The notes: generated by a model not told the origin, from the sequence alone. A stretch of DNA of 64,000 nucleotides from an uncultured Acidobacteriota bacterium (GCA_963827655.1 CAWHCF010000002.1:64001-128000), one strand, 5' to 3'; numbered from the stretch's first letter, positions 39,557-50,593 are shown. Program-made: numbers and translations.

Positions 39557-42263
39557 ACGCTGGCAGCAAATCGATGAGCTGTTTCAAGCCGCGCTGGAGC
39601 GTGAGCCCGCCGAGCGGGCGGCCTACCTGGATGAAGCGTGCGGTGGCGACCAGGCGCTGAGAAAAGAGGTTGAGTCTCTGCTGAAGTCCGACGAACAAGC
39701 CGAGAGGTTCATCGAAACGCCCGCGTTTAAGGAAGCATCCCATTTCCTCGCAGACCATCAACCTGAGTCGATGGTGGGGCGGGCAATGGGTCCTTACGAG
39801 ATTGTGGCCCTGCTCGGCGCGGGCGGGATGGGTGAGGTCTATCTAGCACAAGATGCGAGACTGAACCGCCGCGTAGCTCTCAAGCTGCTGCCGGCCTGCT
39901 TCACAAGAGATGACGAGCGGTCGCGACGATTTGAACAGGAAGCTCGTGCGGCTTCGGCACTCAATCATCCAAACATTGTCACCATCTATGAGATCGGCCA
40001 ATCGGATGGAACACAATTCATAACCACTGAGTTTATCGACGGCGTCACGCTGCGTTCGCGTATCACGGCAGGAAGAATAGAGCTGAGCGAGGCGCTGGAC
40101 ATAGCATTACAAGTAGCGAGCGCGTTGGCAGCAGCACATCAAGCTGGGGTAGTACACCGAGACATAAAGCCGGAGAACGTCATGCTGCGGCGTGACGGAT
40201 ACGTCAAAGTTCTCGACTTCGGGCTGGCAAAGCACACCGTGCCTCGAGGGATCCCAACAGATACAGGATCGCCAACCGCGCCTGAAGTAAAAACCAGCGC
40301 CGGCGTGGTGATGGGCACAACCAATTACATGTCGCCTGAGCAAGCGCGGGGGCTTGTCGTAGATCAACGAACCGATATATTCAGCCTAGGCGTCGTTATC
40401 TACGAGATGATCACAGGGCGCTTACCATTTGAGGGCGAAACCAACAGCGATGTAATCGCTTCGATACTGCATCATGAGCCGCCGCCGCTTGCGCGGTACT
40501 CAAGAGAAGCGCCGGAAGCGCTTGAGCGGATTGTGACCAAGGCGCTGCGTAAAAGTAGAGAGGAGCGGTATCAAACCGGAAAGGAATTGGTCTCCGATCT
40601 CAGGAGCCTCAAGCAGCGACTGGAGAGTCAGGTTGAACCGGAGCGTTCCATACCGCCAGGATCGAGCAACGAACCGACGATTGACAGGACCGCCGGGCGA
40701 CCGATGGCTGATGCCCGCGAGCGGCACGCCCAGGCAGGCGATGTAGCAGCACGCAAGACGTCAAGCGTGGTAGCGCGTCACAAGTTTGCCTTCGCCGCAG
40801 CCGCTTTCCTCGTCGCCACAGTCATCGGCTTGAATCTGCCCCAGATTCGCGATCGGCTCGCTAGTCCAGGCGCTCCCGCCCCAATCCGGTCTTTGGCGGT
40901 GCTCCCACTCGTCAACCTTTCCGGGGATCCTGGACAGGACCACTTCGCCGACGGGATGACCGACGCTTTGATCGCGCATTTGTGTCAGATCAGAACGTTG
41001 CGCGTCATCTCCCTTACCTCCTCGATGTCGTACAAGGGAACAAAGAAATCGGTACCAGAGATCGCGGGTGAGTTGGACGTCGACGCGGTGGTCGAAGGCT
41101 CCCTGCTGCGTTCCGGAGACTCGGTGCGAATCACGGCCAGAATGATCCAGGCGGCTACCGATAAGCCCCTCTGGGGTCAGACCTATGAACGTGATTTTCG
41201 CAATGTGCTAGCCTTGCTGAGCGAAGTAGCGAGGGCCATTGCCGGCGAGATTAGCGTCACTGTTACACCCCAAACGCAGGCGCGCCTTGCCAGCGTCCGT
41301 CCTTCCAACCCCGAGGCCTTTATTGCGTATAGCAGAGGCCGCCATTTCTGGAACCAGAGGACGGAAGAGGGCCTGAGGAAAGCAATCGAGTACTTCAAGG
41401 AGGCTATTCACAAAGATCCTGGTTACGCCCTGGCCTACGACGGGCTGGCTGACTGCTGGCTTCCCCAGGCCTGGTACGCATATCTCCCCGCCAGGGAAGC
41501 CTTTCCCCGGGCAAAGGAGGCGGTAACGAAGGCCCTCGAGCTCGACGATTCGCTGGCTGAGGCTCACACCACCCAGGCATTCATCAACCTGTATTACGAC
41601 TGGGACTGGGCAGCGGCAGAACGAGGATTCCGGCGAGCCATCGATCTGAATCCCAACTACCCCAATGCTCATCATTGGTACGCCGAATATCTATCGTTGG
41701 CCGGCAGGCAGGACCAGGCCATCGCGGAGTCCGAACTCGCCCGAGAGCTCGATCCCAACTCGAGTATCATCAACTCATGGCTAGGATGGCGCTACCATTT
41801 TGTCGGTCAGTACGATAAGGCTGTCGGACAAATCCGTGTCACGCTTGAAATGGACCCCAACTTCGTCCCCGGACGCCTTGTCCTCGGGCAGGCCTACATT
41901 CAGAAGGGCATGCTCAAGGAAGCCATTGCCGAGTTGGAAACGGCGGCAACGCTCTCCGGGGGCAGCCCAGTCTATGTTGCTTCGCTCGCGCACGCCTTCG
42001 CTGTTGCCGGCAGAAAGCAGCAGGCGCTGAAACTGCTGGATGATTTGAAAGAGTTATCAGGCCGAAGATTTGTGTCGTCCTATGACATGGCGTTAGCCGT
42101 TTCCGGCCTTGGTAACAAGGATCAGACGCTGGCATGGCTCCAGAAGGCCGTAGAGGAGCGGTCTCCTCGAGTGCTTTTCGTGAAGCTAGAGCCAAGATTT
42201 AATGCCCTACGTTCCGATTCCCGCTTTCACGATCTGGTAACCCGCATCGGCTTCCCACACTAA
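39546..42263 (+). CDS. Ser/Thr protein kinase with TolB-N-like and TPR domains, coupled to the ECF gene
   Basis: MKLERWQQIDELF N-terminus overlaps the ECF stop; GAGGMGEVY, HRDIKPEN, DFGLAK, GTTNYMSPEQ; SLAVLPLVNLS; TPRs. Confidence 0.93.
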   Translation: MKLERWQQIDELFQAALEREPAERAAYLDEACGGDQALRKEVESLLKSDEQAERFIETPAFKEASHFLADHQPESMVGRAMGPYEIVALLGAGGMGEVYLAQDARLNRRVALKLLPACFTRDDERSRRFEQEARAASALNHPNIVTIYEIGQSDGTQFITTEFIDGVTLRSRITAGRIELSEALDIALQVASALAAAHQAGVVHRDIKPENVMLRRDGYVKVLDFGLAKHTVPRGIPTDTGSPTAPEVKTSAGVVMGTTNYMSPEQARGLVVDQRTDIFSLGVVIYEMITGRLPFEGETNSDVIASILHHEPPPLARYSREAPEALERIVTKALRKSREERYQTGKELVSDLRSLKQRLESQVEPERSIPPGSSNEPTIDRTAGRPMADARERHAQAGDVAARKTSSVVARHKFAFAAAAFLVATVIGLNLPQIRDRLASPGAPAPIRSLAVLPLVNLSGDPGQDHFADGMTDALIAHLCQIRTLRVISLTSSMSYKGTKKSVPEIAGELDVDAVVEGSLLRSGDSVRITARMIQAATDKPLWGQTYERDFRNVLALLSEVARAIAGEISVTVTPQTQARLASVRPSNPEAFIAYSRGRHFWNQRTEEGLRKAIEYFKEAIHKDPGYALAYDGLADCWLPQAWYAYLPAREAFPRAKEAVTKALELDDSLAEAHTTQAFINLYYDWDWAAAERGFRRAIDLNPNYPNAHHWYAEYLSLAGRQDQAIAESELARELDPNSSIINSWLGWRYHFVGQYDKAVGQIRVTLEMDPNFVPGRLVLGQAYIQKGMLKEAIAELETAATLSGGSPVYVASLAHAFAVAGRKQQALKLLDDLKELSGRRFVSSYDMALAVSGLGNKDQTLAWLQKAVEERSPRVLFVKLEPRFNALRSDSRFHDLVTRIGFPH

Positions 42264-42290
42264 GTACTGCTCAGGTAACCTATTTTGGAC

Positions 42291-42580
42291 CAGCTGAGGC
42301 CTGAAAGGCCGACAGAGAGTAGGTGACGTGAAATGCACGGGTCTAATGAGACTGTCGCAAAAGCTCGACCTGCGTTCATAGTGCAGACGCCGGCCATCGA
42401 GCGACCGTCCGGCCCGCGCCAGATGTGAGCTACTGCGTGAACCTTAAGGTAAGGCCATCAGCGATTAGTTAACCTGTCTGCACTGAGCCAATGGCCGCCA
42501 ATGGCCCGTCGCCAGGCCAGGAATTGACTCGCGAAGTAGAGCGCCGAAGGTGCGGTACAAGCGGAGGCCGTCGGACTCAG
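42291..42580. repeat. REP-like composite element, copy 2 (inverted relative to copy 1, interrupted by about 180 bp)
   Basis: 42291-42323 matches the reverse complement of 37213-37245 at 32/33; 42538-42558 matches the reverse complement of 37156-37176 at 20/21. Confidence 0.8.
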
Positions 42581-42733
42581 TGGTCTTCCAGTCTCTACCG
42601 CCCTTTTGCTGGCCTTTTATTTACCCGTTATCACCTGCTCGAGAATTTCTTCCGCTGCTGCGTGGATCTCCTCGATCCGAGGGAAGAGAAACCCCCTTGG
42701 GCGATCTCGGTCAAGTATCGTAGTGAGGCAACC

Positions 42734-43732
42734 TCACCGGCGTTTCTCGGCTGCCGGGTGAGCGGCGAACCACGGTTTCGCCAGTGGATCGGACTTGAAA
42801 AACTCCAGGAGTATCTTCGCCACTTTCTCTCGCCCCACCTCGGAGGGATGGGTGCCATCCTTCGCGAGGTCGTCGCGCCTCCAGAACAGGCCGTCGGCCT
42901 TTCGCGGCGTCGTGCCGTCAGCCCACAAGTACGGTCCCCATAGCAGCAGGGGCGCCTTGACGGCGCCGCGCGTCGCGTCGAAGTTCAGGGCGGGCTCCCC
43001 CTTGATCTGATCCTGAATCAACCAGCGCACTGCGAACGCGGACTCGTAGGCGTATGGTTCGGGGTTGAGCGGCGTGGTTGCATAACCGCCGTAGATGCGG
43101 CTGGAAAGGTAGACGATCCTCAGGTTCGGAAAGCGCGTCCTGGCATTCTGGAGCACGGCGAGCGTATCGCGCTGCAGCTTTTTACCGTGCTCACCGAGGT
43201 CCCCCTGTGGCCCTTTGTTGGCCAGCTTGACCCAGGCTACCTGAACCTGCTGCGCCGTCACGTTTGCGGCTGCCAGCCGGCGATCGGCTTCGGCCCATGG
43301 ACGGGCCGACGGATCAACCCACTCGGCCATGGCCTGCCCCCCTTGGGCGCAATCCACAATGGTCAACACCGGCGATTTCGCAGCATCGACGTCGGCAAGC
43401 TGCTTGAAGACGGAGAATTCCTGGGTCGCGTTCGACATGCTGATGGATACCAGGACAATCTTGCCATCCTTGGCCGCTTTACCATCCGGGTCGAGGGGCT
43501 GCACCTTGACCAGCTCGGCCTCGGCCGCCTTGCGGAGCGCCTCCGGCGGCATGTTCCGCCCCTGGCCATAGAGCCCGCCGTCCTCCCCCTTGTAGCGATC
43601 TCGCGCGGACATGTCCGTGAGGGGCACCAGGCCGGTCGATTCCTTGGGGCCTTTGTCCTGGGCCAGCGCTGGACCGACAGCCAGAACGGCAATTACCGGC
43701 AGAAACAGGGGGAGTTTCAACATGCGGTTCAT
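42734..43732 (-). CDS. Secreted hypothetical protein, possibly SGNH/GDSL-like hydrolase
   Basis: Signal peptide (ALA-QD); SISMSN, CAQGG and C-terminal DGTHPS resemble SGNH blocks I, II and V; RBS AAAGGAG. Confidence 0.6.
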   Translation of the reverse strand: MNRMLKLPLFLPVIAVLAVGPALAQDKGPKESTGLVPLTDMSARDRYKGEDGGLYGQGRNMPPEALRKAAEAELVKVQPLDPDGKAAKDGKIVLVSISMSNATQEFSVFKQLADVDAAKSPVLTIVDCAQGGQAMAEWVDPSARPWAEADRRLAAANVTAQQVQVAWVKLANKGPQGDLGEHGKKLQRDTLAVLQNARTRFPNLRIVYLSSRIYGGYATTPLNPEPYAYESAFAVRWLIQDQIKGEPALNFDATRGAVKAPLLLWGPYLWADGTTPRKADGLFWRRDDLAKDGTHPSEVGREKVAKILLEFFKSDPLAKPWFAAHPAAEKRR

Positions 43733-44022
43733 GAGAGCTCCTTTCTTTGAACGGCGATCGATGCCCCGCCAGAGGCTGCGATATCCGGCCAAGGACATCA
43801 AATGCAGGCCGCCGGACTCTCAGGGGACAATACGAAAGCCTTCTTGCAGAGCCGCCTCCCTCAGACGCCCGTCGAGACACACGAAAGGTCTCGCCTTGCG
43901 GCTGAGACTCGCACCATGCGAGACCAAGTTGAACGGCACCGCCGGCTCGGAGCGGATACGTGGCCAGCCAGCGGCACTTCGGAGATAAGGCCACCCGGCT
44001 CCCGAGTTGGCAACGTGGACTG

Positions 44023-44409
44023 TCATACGATGCGCACGCCTCCCCTGTAACGTCCAAGAACAGAGTCATTGGTCAGAAGCGTAAGCGGCTCGGCAATGCT
44101 CTGCGCGATCAATAGACGGTCGAACGGGTCTCGATGAATTAGCGGGAGCTTGGTGATGCCGGCCGCGTGCGCGGCTGTCACCGGCAGCTCGATGAAGTCC
44201 ATGTCAGGGAGCACTGATTGCAAGGACGCAAGATCGACGCGAAAATCCTTGCGTCCGAGGGAGCTCTTGATTGCGATCTCCCAGATGCTCGCCGCGCTGT
44301 AATAGACTTCGTTCGTCTCGTCTTCCAGAAGTTCCCGGGCTGTGCGCGGCAAGCGTTTGCTGTTCGCCGCCGCCCAAAGAAGCAAATGCGTGTCCAGCAG
44401 CAGTCTCAC
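44023..44409 (-). CDS. vapC: VapC PIN-domain toxin
   Basis: MRLLLDTH.LLW, SAASIWEIAIK, HRDPFDRLLIAQ, LLTND. Confidence 0.93.
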   Translation of the reverse strand: MRLLLDTHLLLWAAANSKRLPRTARELLEDETNEVYYSAASIWEIAIKSSLGRKDFRVDLASLQSVLPDMDFIELPVTAAHAAGITKLPLIHRDPFDRLLIAQSIAEPLTLLTNDSVLGRYRGGVRIV

Positions 44410-44648
44410 CGCTTCCTGCCTTCGAAGAGGCGCGTGACGGCTTCGGGAAGCGGGGCGTTGAAGTCGTCGGGGATCTTGAACTTGCCATCGAGCAGTCCCA
44501 GGCGGCGGCGACCGCGAGCTTTTTTCAATGGAATGAGCTTCGCGGCAGGCTTGCCGGCCCGCGCGATAACGATCTCCTCGCCCGCCTCCGCACGCTCGAC
44601 GAGCTTCGACAAATCGGTCTTCGCTTGATGGATGTTGACCTGCTTCAT
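44406..44648 (-). CDS. Phd/YefM family antitoxin
   Basis: VNIHQAKTDLSKLVERAEAGEEIVIARAGKPAAKLIP; 4-nt overlap with vapC. Confidence 0.92.
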   Translation of the reverse strand: MKQVNIHQAKTDLSKLVERAEAGEEIVIARAGKPAAKLIPLKKARGRRRLGLLDGKFKIPDDFNAPLPEAVTRLFEGRKR

Positions 44649-44671
44649 TGCCGTCTCCGCATTCAGCGTTG

Positions 44672-44690
44672 GTTAGCTAACTTTAGCTAA
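44672..44690. promoter_or_regulatory. Tandem TTAGCTAA palindromes, probable autorepression operator of the Phd-VapC operon
   Basis: gttagctaac-t-ttagctaa located 24-42 bp upstream of the antitoxin start. Confidence 0.65.
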
Positions 44691-44895
44691 TCTCAGGTAG
44701 AAGTCAAGCCCGCAGCGAAAGCAGGGCTCACTCTACTTGGCCGGCAATCGTCGCCAGCCAGCCTTCTCATTCTTTCCACTCGGCCGCATAGTCACGCTTG
44801 TGCCACATCTCGACAGGCGCGAGAATGGGCCTCTGGAGTGCGCAAGCTTGCGTGGGCCTTGATCGAACTGTGAACCTTGCGGCTAGCAGGAGAGC

Positions 44896-46056
44896 CTAGG
44901 AGATCAGCACTTTGCGAGGGAACTGAGAATTGTCTTCGAGAAATGTCTTCTTGCTCTCCAGCTCTTCCGAGGTTGGTTGAACCTTCCCACTGGCGTCGAT
45001 TACGCGGGAGACGAGAGTGTGCTCACCCGACGTGGCGCCATTCCAGGCATAGGTGAACAGTTTCCACGAATATTTGCCGCTCGTGGAGGAATCCATCGTG
45101 GCCGGTTGCCACGGGCCATCATCTACCCGGACCTCGACCGACTTCAGCGGCGTGCCATCGTTCAGCACGACGCCGAAAACCTTGTGCCGGCTCCCGTCGC
45201 GCGTGACGCGCGCGATGAAAGACTTCAGCTGCATGCGGGTGATCGCGGTCTCCTTCCACTTCGTCTCGCCGTCAACCACTTCGCCCTTCAAGGTGCGGTA
45301 CCAGCGGGCCTGGTACTTGCCGAGGTACTGCTCTTCCTGAGCATGAATCTGGATGAGCCACTTTATATTGGCGACGCCGTACCATCCGGGAACAATCAGC
45401 CGCAGCGGCGAGCCCTGGTGCCGGGTGAGCGGCTCGCCATTCAGCGCGTAGGCCAGGAAAGGATCAGGAGACAAAGCTTTTTCGCGCGGCAGGCTTCGAC
45501 CAAACTGCTGATCGACCTTGTATTTCTGCGTCCGGAACTCCACTTCTTCTTCGCCGTGATCGGCGCCAAAGAACACGAACTCCCGCGCTTCGGGTTTCAC
45601 ACGGGCCAGCTCGAGCACTGCGCGCAGCGGTACGCCGGTCCAGCGACCGTTGCTGCAGAGACCTTGCAACGGACGACGGTTGCCCGAGCACTCGAAACCA
45701 GCTACCAGCTCCGCGCTTCCAATCCGTCGAAGGTCCTCGAGCGAGAGTGACTTCGGCTGCCCTACCAACCCCGAGATTTTTAAACGAAAGGCCGCCGGGT
45801 CGACTTCAGGATGCCCGTAGTGCTGCACCGTGAAGAACTGATCCTTTGATGTGAGAGGTCCGTCGATCTTGCGAATGTCGAGGATGCGCCTTTCGCCGCC
45901 TGCTTCAGGAAACTTCTCGGGCAGATCGGTGAACGGTACAAGTTCCTCGCCTTGCGCGAGAGCCGGAAGAGCCCATTCGGGTACGCCGAATACGCTCAGT
46001 CCCGCAACCGCAAGCCCTCCCCTAAGGATTTCGCGACGGCTGCTCTGTTTGGTCAT
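44896..46056 (-). CDS. Tat-exported sulfite oxidase family molybdoenzyme (SorA/SoxC-like)
   Basis: SRREIL; FFTVQH, ECSGN (Mo-Cys), WTGVPL, GAD, LAYALNGEPL..HQGSPLRLIVPGWYG..IKWL; C-terminal dimerisation domain. Confidence 0.88.
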   Translation of the reverse strand: MTKQSSRREILRGGLAVAGLSVFGVPEWALPALAQGEELVPFTDLPEKFPEAGGERRILDIRKIDGPLTSKDQFFTVQHYGHPEVDPAAFRLKISGLVGQPKSLSLEDLRRIGSAELVAGFECSGNRRPLQGLCSNGRWTGVPLRAVLELARVKPEAREFVFFGADHGEEEVEFRTQKYKVDQQFGRSLPREKALSPDPFLAYALNGEPLTRHQGSPLRLIVPGWYGVANIKWLIQIHAQEEQYLGKYQARWYRTLKGEVVDGETKWKETAITRMQLKSFIARVTRDGSRHKVFGVVLNDGTPLKSVEVRVDDGPWQPATMDSSTSGKYSWKLFTYAWNGATSGEHTLVSRVIDASGKVQPTSEELESKKTFLEDNSQFPRKVLIS

Positions 46057-46934
46057 GCTGGCTCCTTTCCGCCTGCCGATCATATACCGAAAACCAATGA
46101 ACAGATGCAGGAGAATCTTTCGGGGAAGTATTCAGAGATGAGCGCAGGTAGAGTACTGCCTATTACCTGATCAGCTGATTTTAACGCAGGGAATATCTGG
46201 TGCGCGGATCTCCCAGGTCCGATTGAGTCCAGCCTCAGGGTTGCGCGGACCGGTAGCAGTGTCACATTCCGAAAGTGCCGGGCCGACACGGGACGGCGTC
46301 GTCGAATGGCGCTACAAATTAGAGTTTGCATGGCGTTCTTGGGCAGTTGTCGCGCGTCCAATGGATGTGAGCGACGGGCGAAGATGGGCAGAGCGCGTGA
46401 TATCGAAGAGGAAACTGACTCACGGTTTATCGTGAACACGATCACTTGCCGTTGTACGTCTTTGTGGCACGACGCGCCCGCTCGAGGTGCAGCCGGGCCC
46501 ATGGTGGAGGACGTTACGTCTCAGGAGGCATATCTAAGGGCGTCAGGCACTGACGAACGTCGGAATGGCGTCGATCCCCACAACGCACTTGCCTGGTTGC
46601 AGACCGTAAGCGGCCAATCTCGTCGCAAGCAATTACCGGCGCAGGCCCACGAGTCGTCTGGAGCAACTCGAGGTCAGCATCCAGCGGACAGATCAGCGAA
46701 AAGTATGGACGCTTGTGAAACAGGCTTCATACGTAAGGGACATCATCAGGTAGTCTGAAAACGACCAGGCCCAGGCTTCTCGAAGCCTTTCACGTCGAGG
46801 AAAATCTCGTGTCACAAGCAAGTTCACGTCTGAACGGACCGAGCGTCTGGGCGTTTTTGGCGTGGCGAATTGTGGTCGGCTCAAAAGGCGGGTTGGCGGG
46901 CTTAGGACCAGAGAAATGAGGGTGAGAGTTTGCG

Positions 46935-49404
46935 CTATCCCTGGCGCAGCGCAACGACCGGGTCCACTCTCGCCGCCCGTATCGCAGGCAGCAGGGAGGC
47001 CAGAAGGGATACCAGGGCCAGGATCACCGTGACAAAAGCAAGCACGGTCGAGTCCACTGGACTCACTCCGTAGAGGGCGCTTCTGACATACCTTCCCAAT
47101 CCCAGAGAGCCGGCGAGCCCGATGGTGAAACCTGCGCCAAGGATGAGCATGCCTTCCCACAGAACGAGGTGAAGAATCTTTCCTGTGCTGCTTCCCAGCG
47201 CCATTCGGATGCCGATCTCCCGAGTCCGCTGGGCAACGAGATAGGCCAGTACCCCATAGATCCCCAAAGCCGCAAGGAACAAGGCCACCGCGCTGAAGCC
47301 GAGCGCCAGCAGCATGGGCGACCGGCGATTGACTAACGATCCGTCGAGGCGCTCCTGCATCGTCTTGACGTCGTAAAAGGGAATCTCCGCGTCCAGTTCA
47401 CCGATGCGAGCCCGGACTGCGCTGACGAGGCTCGTGGACTCGCCCGTCGCTCTCACGGCAATGGTCATCGTCGATCTGGGAGTCTGAGTGTAAGGGAAGT
47501 AGCAAGCCCCGACGCGCTCATCAGGATCCACCAGCGCCCTCAACTTCACACTCCCTACGACCCCCACCACGGTGAACCATTGCACTTTATCATCAGGCTT
47601 GATCAGGTTCTGCGTGCTTGTGGGGCGCCACATTCGCTTGCCGACCGGGCTGATTCCCGGCCAGAACTTCCGTGCCAGCCGGTCATCGACAATGATCACC
47701 CGTTGAGAATCCTCCGTGTCGCTGTTTTCGAGGAACCTTCCCGCAATGAGAGGAATCCTCAGAGCCTGAAAATACCCTGCACTGACCACGATGTTGCTGG
47801 GTGAGACCAGCGATTCGCCCGGCTGCATCTGATAGCCTTCGGCCAGTATTACGGAATCGTTCGAACTGTTTCCGAAGGGAATGGTGTCGGTCACACCGGC
47901 TGCCGATATTCCGGGAAGGGACTCGAATATTTTCCAGGAGACGGTTCGTGAAAACACGCCGTTCGGCGTCGTTCTTATAGCGATAAGAAGGAAGAGACAG
48001 CGATCCTGTCACCACCTGGCGGGTAACGAACCCGGGATTGATGGCGAGGACCTTCCGGAAGCTGGCAAAAAGCAAACCCGCTCCTACCAGTAACATCAAG
48101 GCAAGAGCCACCTGTGCCGTCGCGAGCGAAATGCGCACGAGGCGGGCGCCACGGCCCCCGGTGCCCGCGCCTCCTGCTTCGTGCAGCACACGACTCGTAT
48201 CGAGGCTGAAGGCATGGACCACTGGAACGGCCCCAATGACAATCCCGATTATCAAGGCCAGCCCGAGAATGAAGACCACAACGGTGCCGTCCATCGCGAT
48301 CTCACTTCCTCGCGGGATCTCTTCCAGACCAAGCAGCTTCAGCGTCCTCAGACCGAAGTAACCGAGCGCCAATCCGCCGATAGCGCTCGAGACCGTCAGG
48401 AGCGCGGTCTCGGTGAGCAGCTGCCGAGTTACCCGCCAGTGCGCCGCGCCGAGCGCAAAACGCATGGCCAGCTCCTTCCGGCGGGCGAGGCCGCGAGCCA
48501 TCATCAAGTTTGCGATATTTACCGAACCAATCAGGAGCAGGAAGAGGACGCCTCCCAAAAGCAGGTAGAGCGTGCCCCGGATGTCGCGGATCATCTCGTC
48601 CCGCAGGCCGACCACGCGCGTCTGGAACCCCGCGTTCCGGAGAATTTCCGTGAATTGGGGAAATCGTTCCATGTTGGCCGCGTTCAGGGCATCCACCTGA
48701 GCCTGAGCTTTTTCGACGGTGGCGTCCGGTTTGAGGCGGCCGATCATTTCCCAGCTTTGGCTGTGCCGCATTTCATCCGATTTTTGCTCAGGGGTGAACG
48801 CCAGCGGCGTCCAGAGCCGGACCTCGGGATCGAGAAAAAGAAAGTCCACCGGCATCACACCGACAATGGTGAATGGACGCCCGTTGATTCGGAGATCCCT
48901 CCCCAGTACCGATGGATCGCCGCCGAACCGCTGGTGCCAGAGCCCGTGGCTGAGGATGACCTTGGTGTCCTTTCCGGGCTCGCCCTCTTCCTCGGTGAAA
49001 ATTCGGCCCAGGCCAGGCTTCGCGCTCAAGAGCCTGAAAAATGAAGGGGTCACTGCCAGACTCAGGGTCCTTTCCGCAGATCGTTCGCCGCCGATGATAA
49101 CCCCATTGAAATCGTAAAGGGCCTGTTCCTCGAAGACCGTCAAATCCCGCAGCCGGTCGAAGTAGTCGGGCACTCCGGTGGAACTCTTCTCCACACCGGC
49201 GTTGGGATAGCTGTTGTACATGAGAAGAATCCGATCGGATTCCGGCACCGGCAGCGGTTTCAGCACCACGGAGTGGAGAATGCTGAAGATGGCCGAGTTG
49301 GCGCCGATGCAGAGGGTCAGTGTGAGGATGGCCGCGGCGGCGAAGCTTTTGTTCTTCCAGAAAAGCCTCACGCCGAATCTCACATCCTGAATCCAGGATT
49401 CCAT
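46935..49404 (-). CDS. ADOP-type duplicated MacB/FtsX ABC permease; apparent frameshift near 47922
   Basis: [28 protein letters not shown]...[12 protein letters not shown], then [34 protein letters not shown] in a second frame; no ATPase gene nearby. Confidence 0.88.
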
Positions 49405-49585
49405 GGGGTTCTCGGTCCTTTTTGGCTCTATACGATCGGGGGGTCTGCGCAGTTCACCGGAAATTTCATTAACCACAAAGACGCGAAGACCCAAGGATTG
49501 TGTGACTGCTAATCAAGCGAAGTACTGATTGACAAGGGATACGATCGCGTCTTGGTGTCTTGGTGGTTGGCCTTTTTTCGATGGT

Positions 49586-50593
49586 TCAGTTTTGCGGTTC
49601 TACGGTCAGGGCCAGGGCCATGGCGGCCCAGCTGGTCGCGGCGGCTGAAATCCACTGATCGTCCCCGTGTGGGAAGCCGCTCTCGAAGTAGGGCTGGAAG
49701 GGCAAGGACCGGCTCCTTACATGCCAGGAACCATCGTCCAGTTGGGTCTTCAGCAGAAACTTGACTCCACGCGCATAGGCTGGATCGGTTACCGGAAGGC
49801 CTCCGCCCTGATGCAGGGCGACCAGCGCCTGACCGGTGGCGTAAGCATCGCTTTCAAGCGTGGAGAGCTGCGACCAGCCGCCATCCGGACGCTGGGTCGC
49901 GAGCAGTTCCCGAGCGACTTTCTGAACAGCCTTCGAGCCGGCGTTCGTCCAGGACAAGCCGAGAAGCTGAAAGGCTCGCTCCTCGGTAGCTCGCGGGTCC
50001 GATCTGAGAAGCCAGGCCGCGCCCCGCTCCAACCTTTTCTGGAGCTCCGCTCGCTGCCCCTCCGGAGAGTAGAGCTGCAGGGCGCGCAGACTCAAGGCCG
50101 TCGTGGTGATCTCGTTGTATTCCATGGGAGGGCGGTGGGAGGTCGTGCGCCAGTGCCCGTCAGCCGCCTGGGTCGCCTTGAGATAGTGAACCAGCGCATC
50201 CGTCAGGCTGTCCGGCGGGTATTTCCACGCCGCCATGCCGAGCATGCTGTAGCTCACAGTGTCGGCTGCGCCACCGATCCCGATCGCCTGGAGCATTCGC
50301 TCTCGACCCGGGCGGAGAAAGGCGGCGACAGCCTCCAGTTGATCGCGAGCCAGCTGCTCGTCGACCAGGAAGCCTCTTTCGCGAGCCAAAGAGAATGCCA
50401 TCGCCGGCAGCGACTGATGGTGACAGGAAGTACACCCCCCCTTCTTTACGAAGATCGGCCCGCTTTGCTGAAGCAGGGCGACGCTCTTCTTCACGGCGGC
50501 CTGAACCCCTGCGGTTTCATTCTCACGGGCCAGAGCAACCGGCGCGACCGAACCCAGTCCCAGCACGGCAACCACCAGAACCTTCCCGACCAT
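49586..50593 (-). CDS. Secreted prenyltransferase/squalene cyclase-like alpha-barrel protein with CxxCH
   Basis: Signal peptide; GCTSCHHQ; QW-like repeats QAADGHW, QRPDGGW, QLDDGSW; SDAYATG; YFESGFPHG.DQWIS. Confidence 0.78.
   Translation of the reverse strand: MVGKVLVVAVLGLGSVAPVALARENETAGVQAAVKKSVALLQQSGPIFVKKGGCTSCHHQSLPAMAFSLARERGFLVDEQLARDQLEAVAAFLRPGRERMLQAIGIGGAADTVSYSMLGMAAWKYPPDSLTDALVHYLKATQAADGHWRTTSHRPPMEYNEITTTALSLRALQLYSPEGQRAELQKRLERGAAWLLRSDPRATEERAFQLLGLSWTNAGSKAVQKVARELLATQRPDGGWSQLSTLESDAYATGQALVALHQGGGLPVTDPAYARGVKFLLKTQLDDGSWHVRSRSLPFQPYFESGFPHGDDQWISAAATSWAAMALALTVEPQN

Noticed and set aside
43800-44020. Integron attC site beside the TA pair
   Set aside because: No matching RYYYAAC/GTTRRRY ends with a paired stem, and no integrase.
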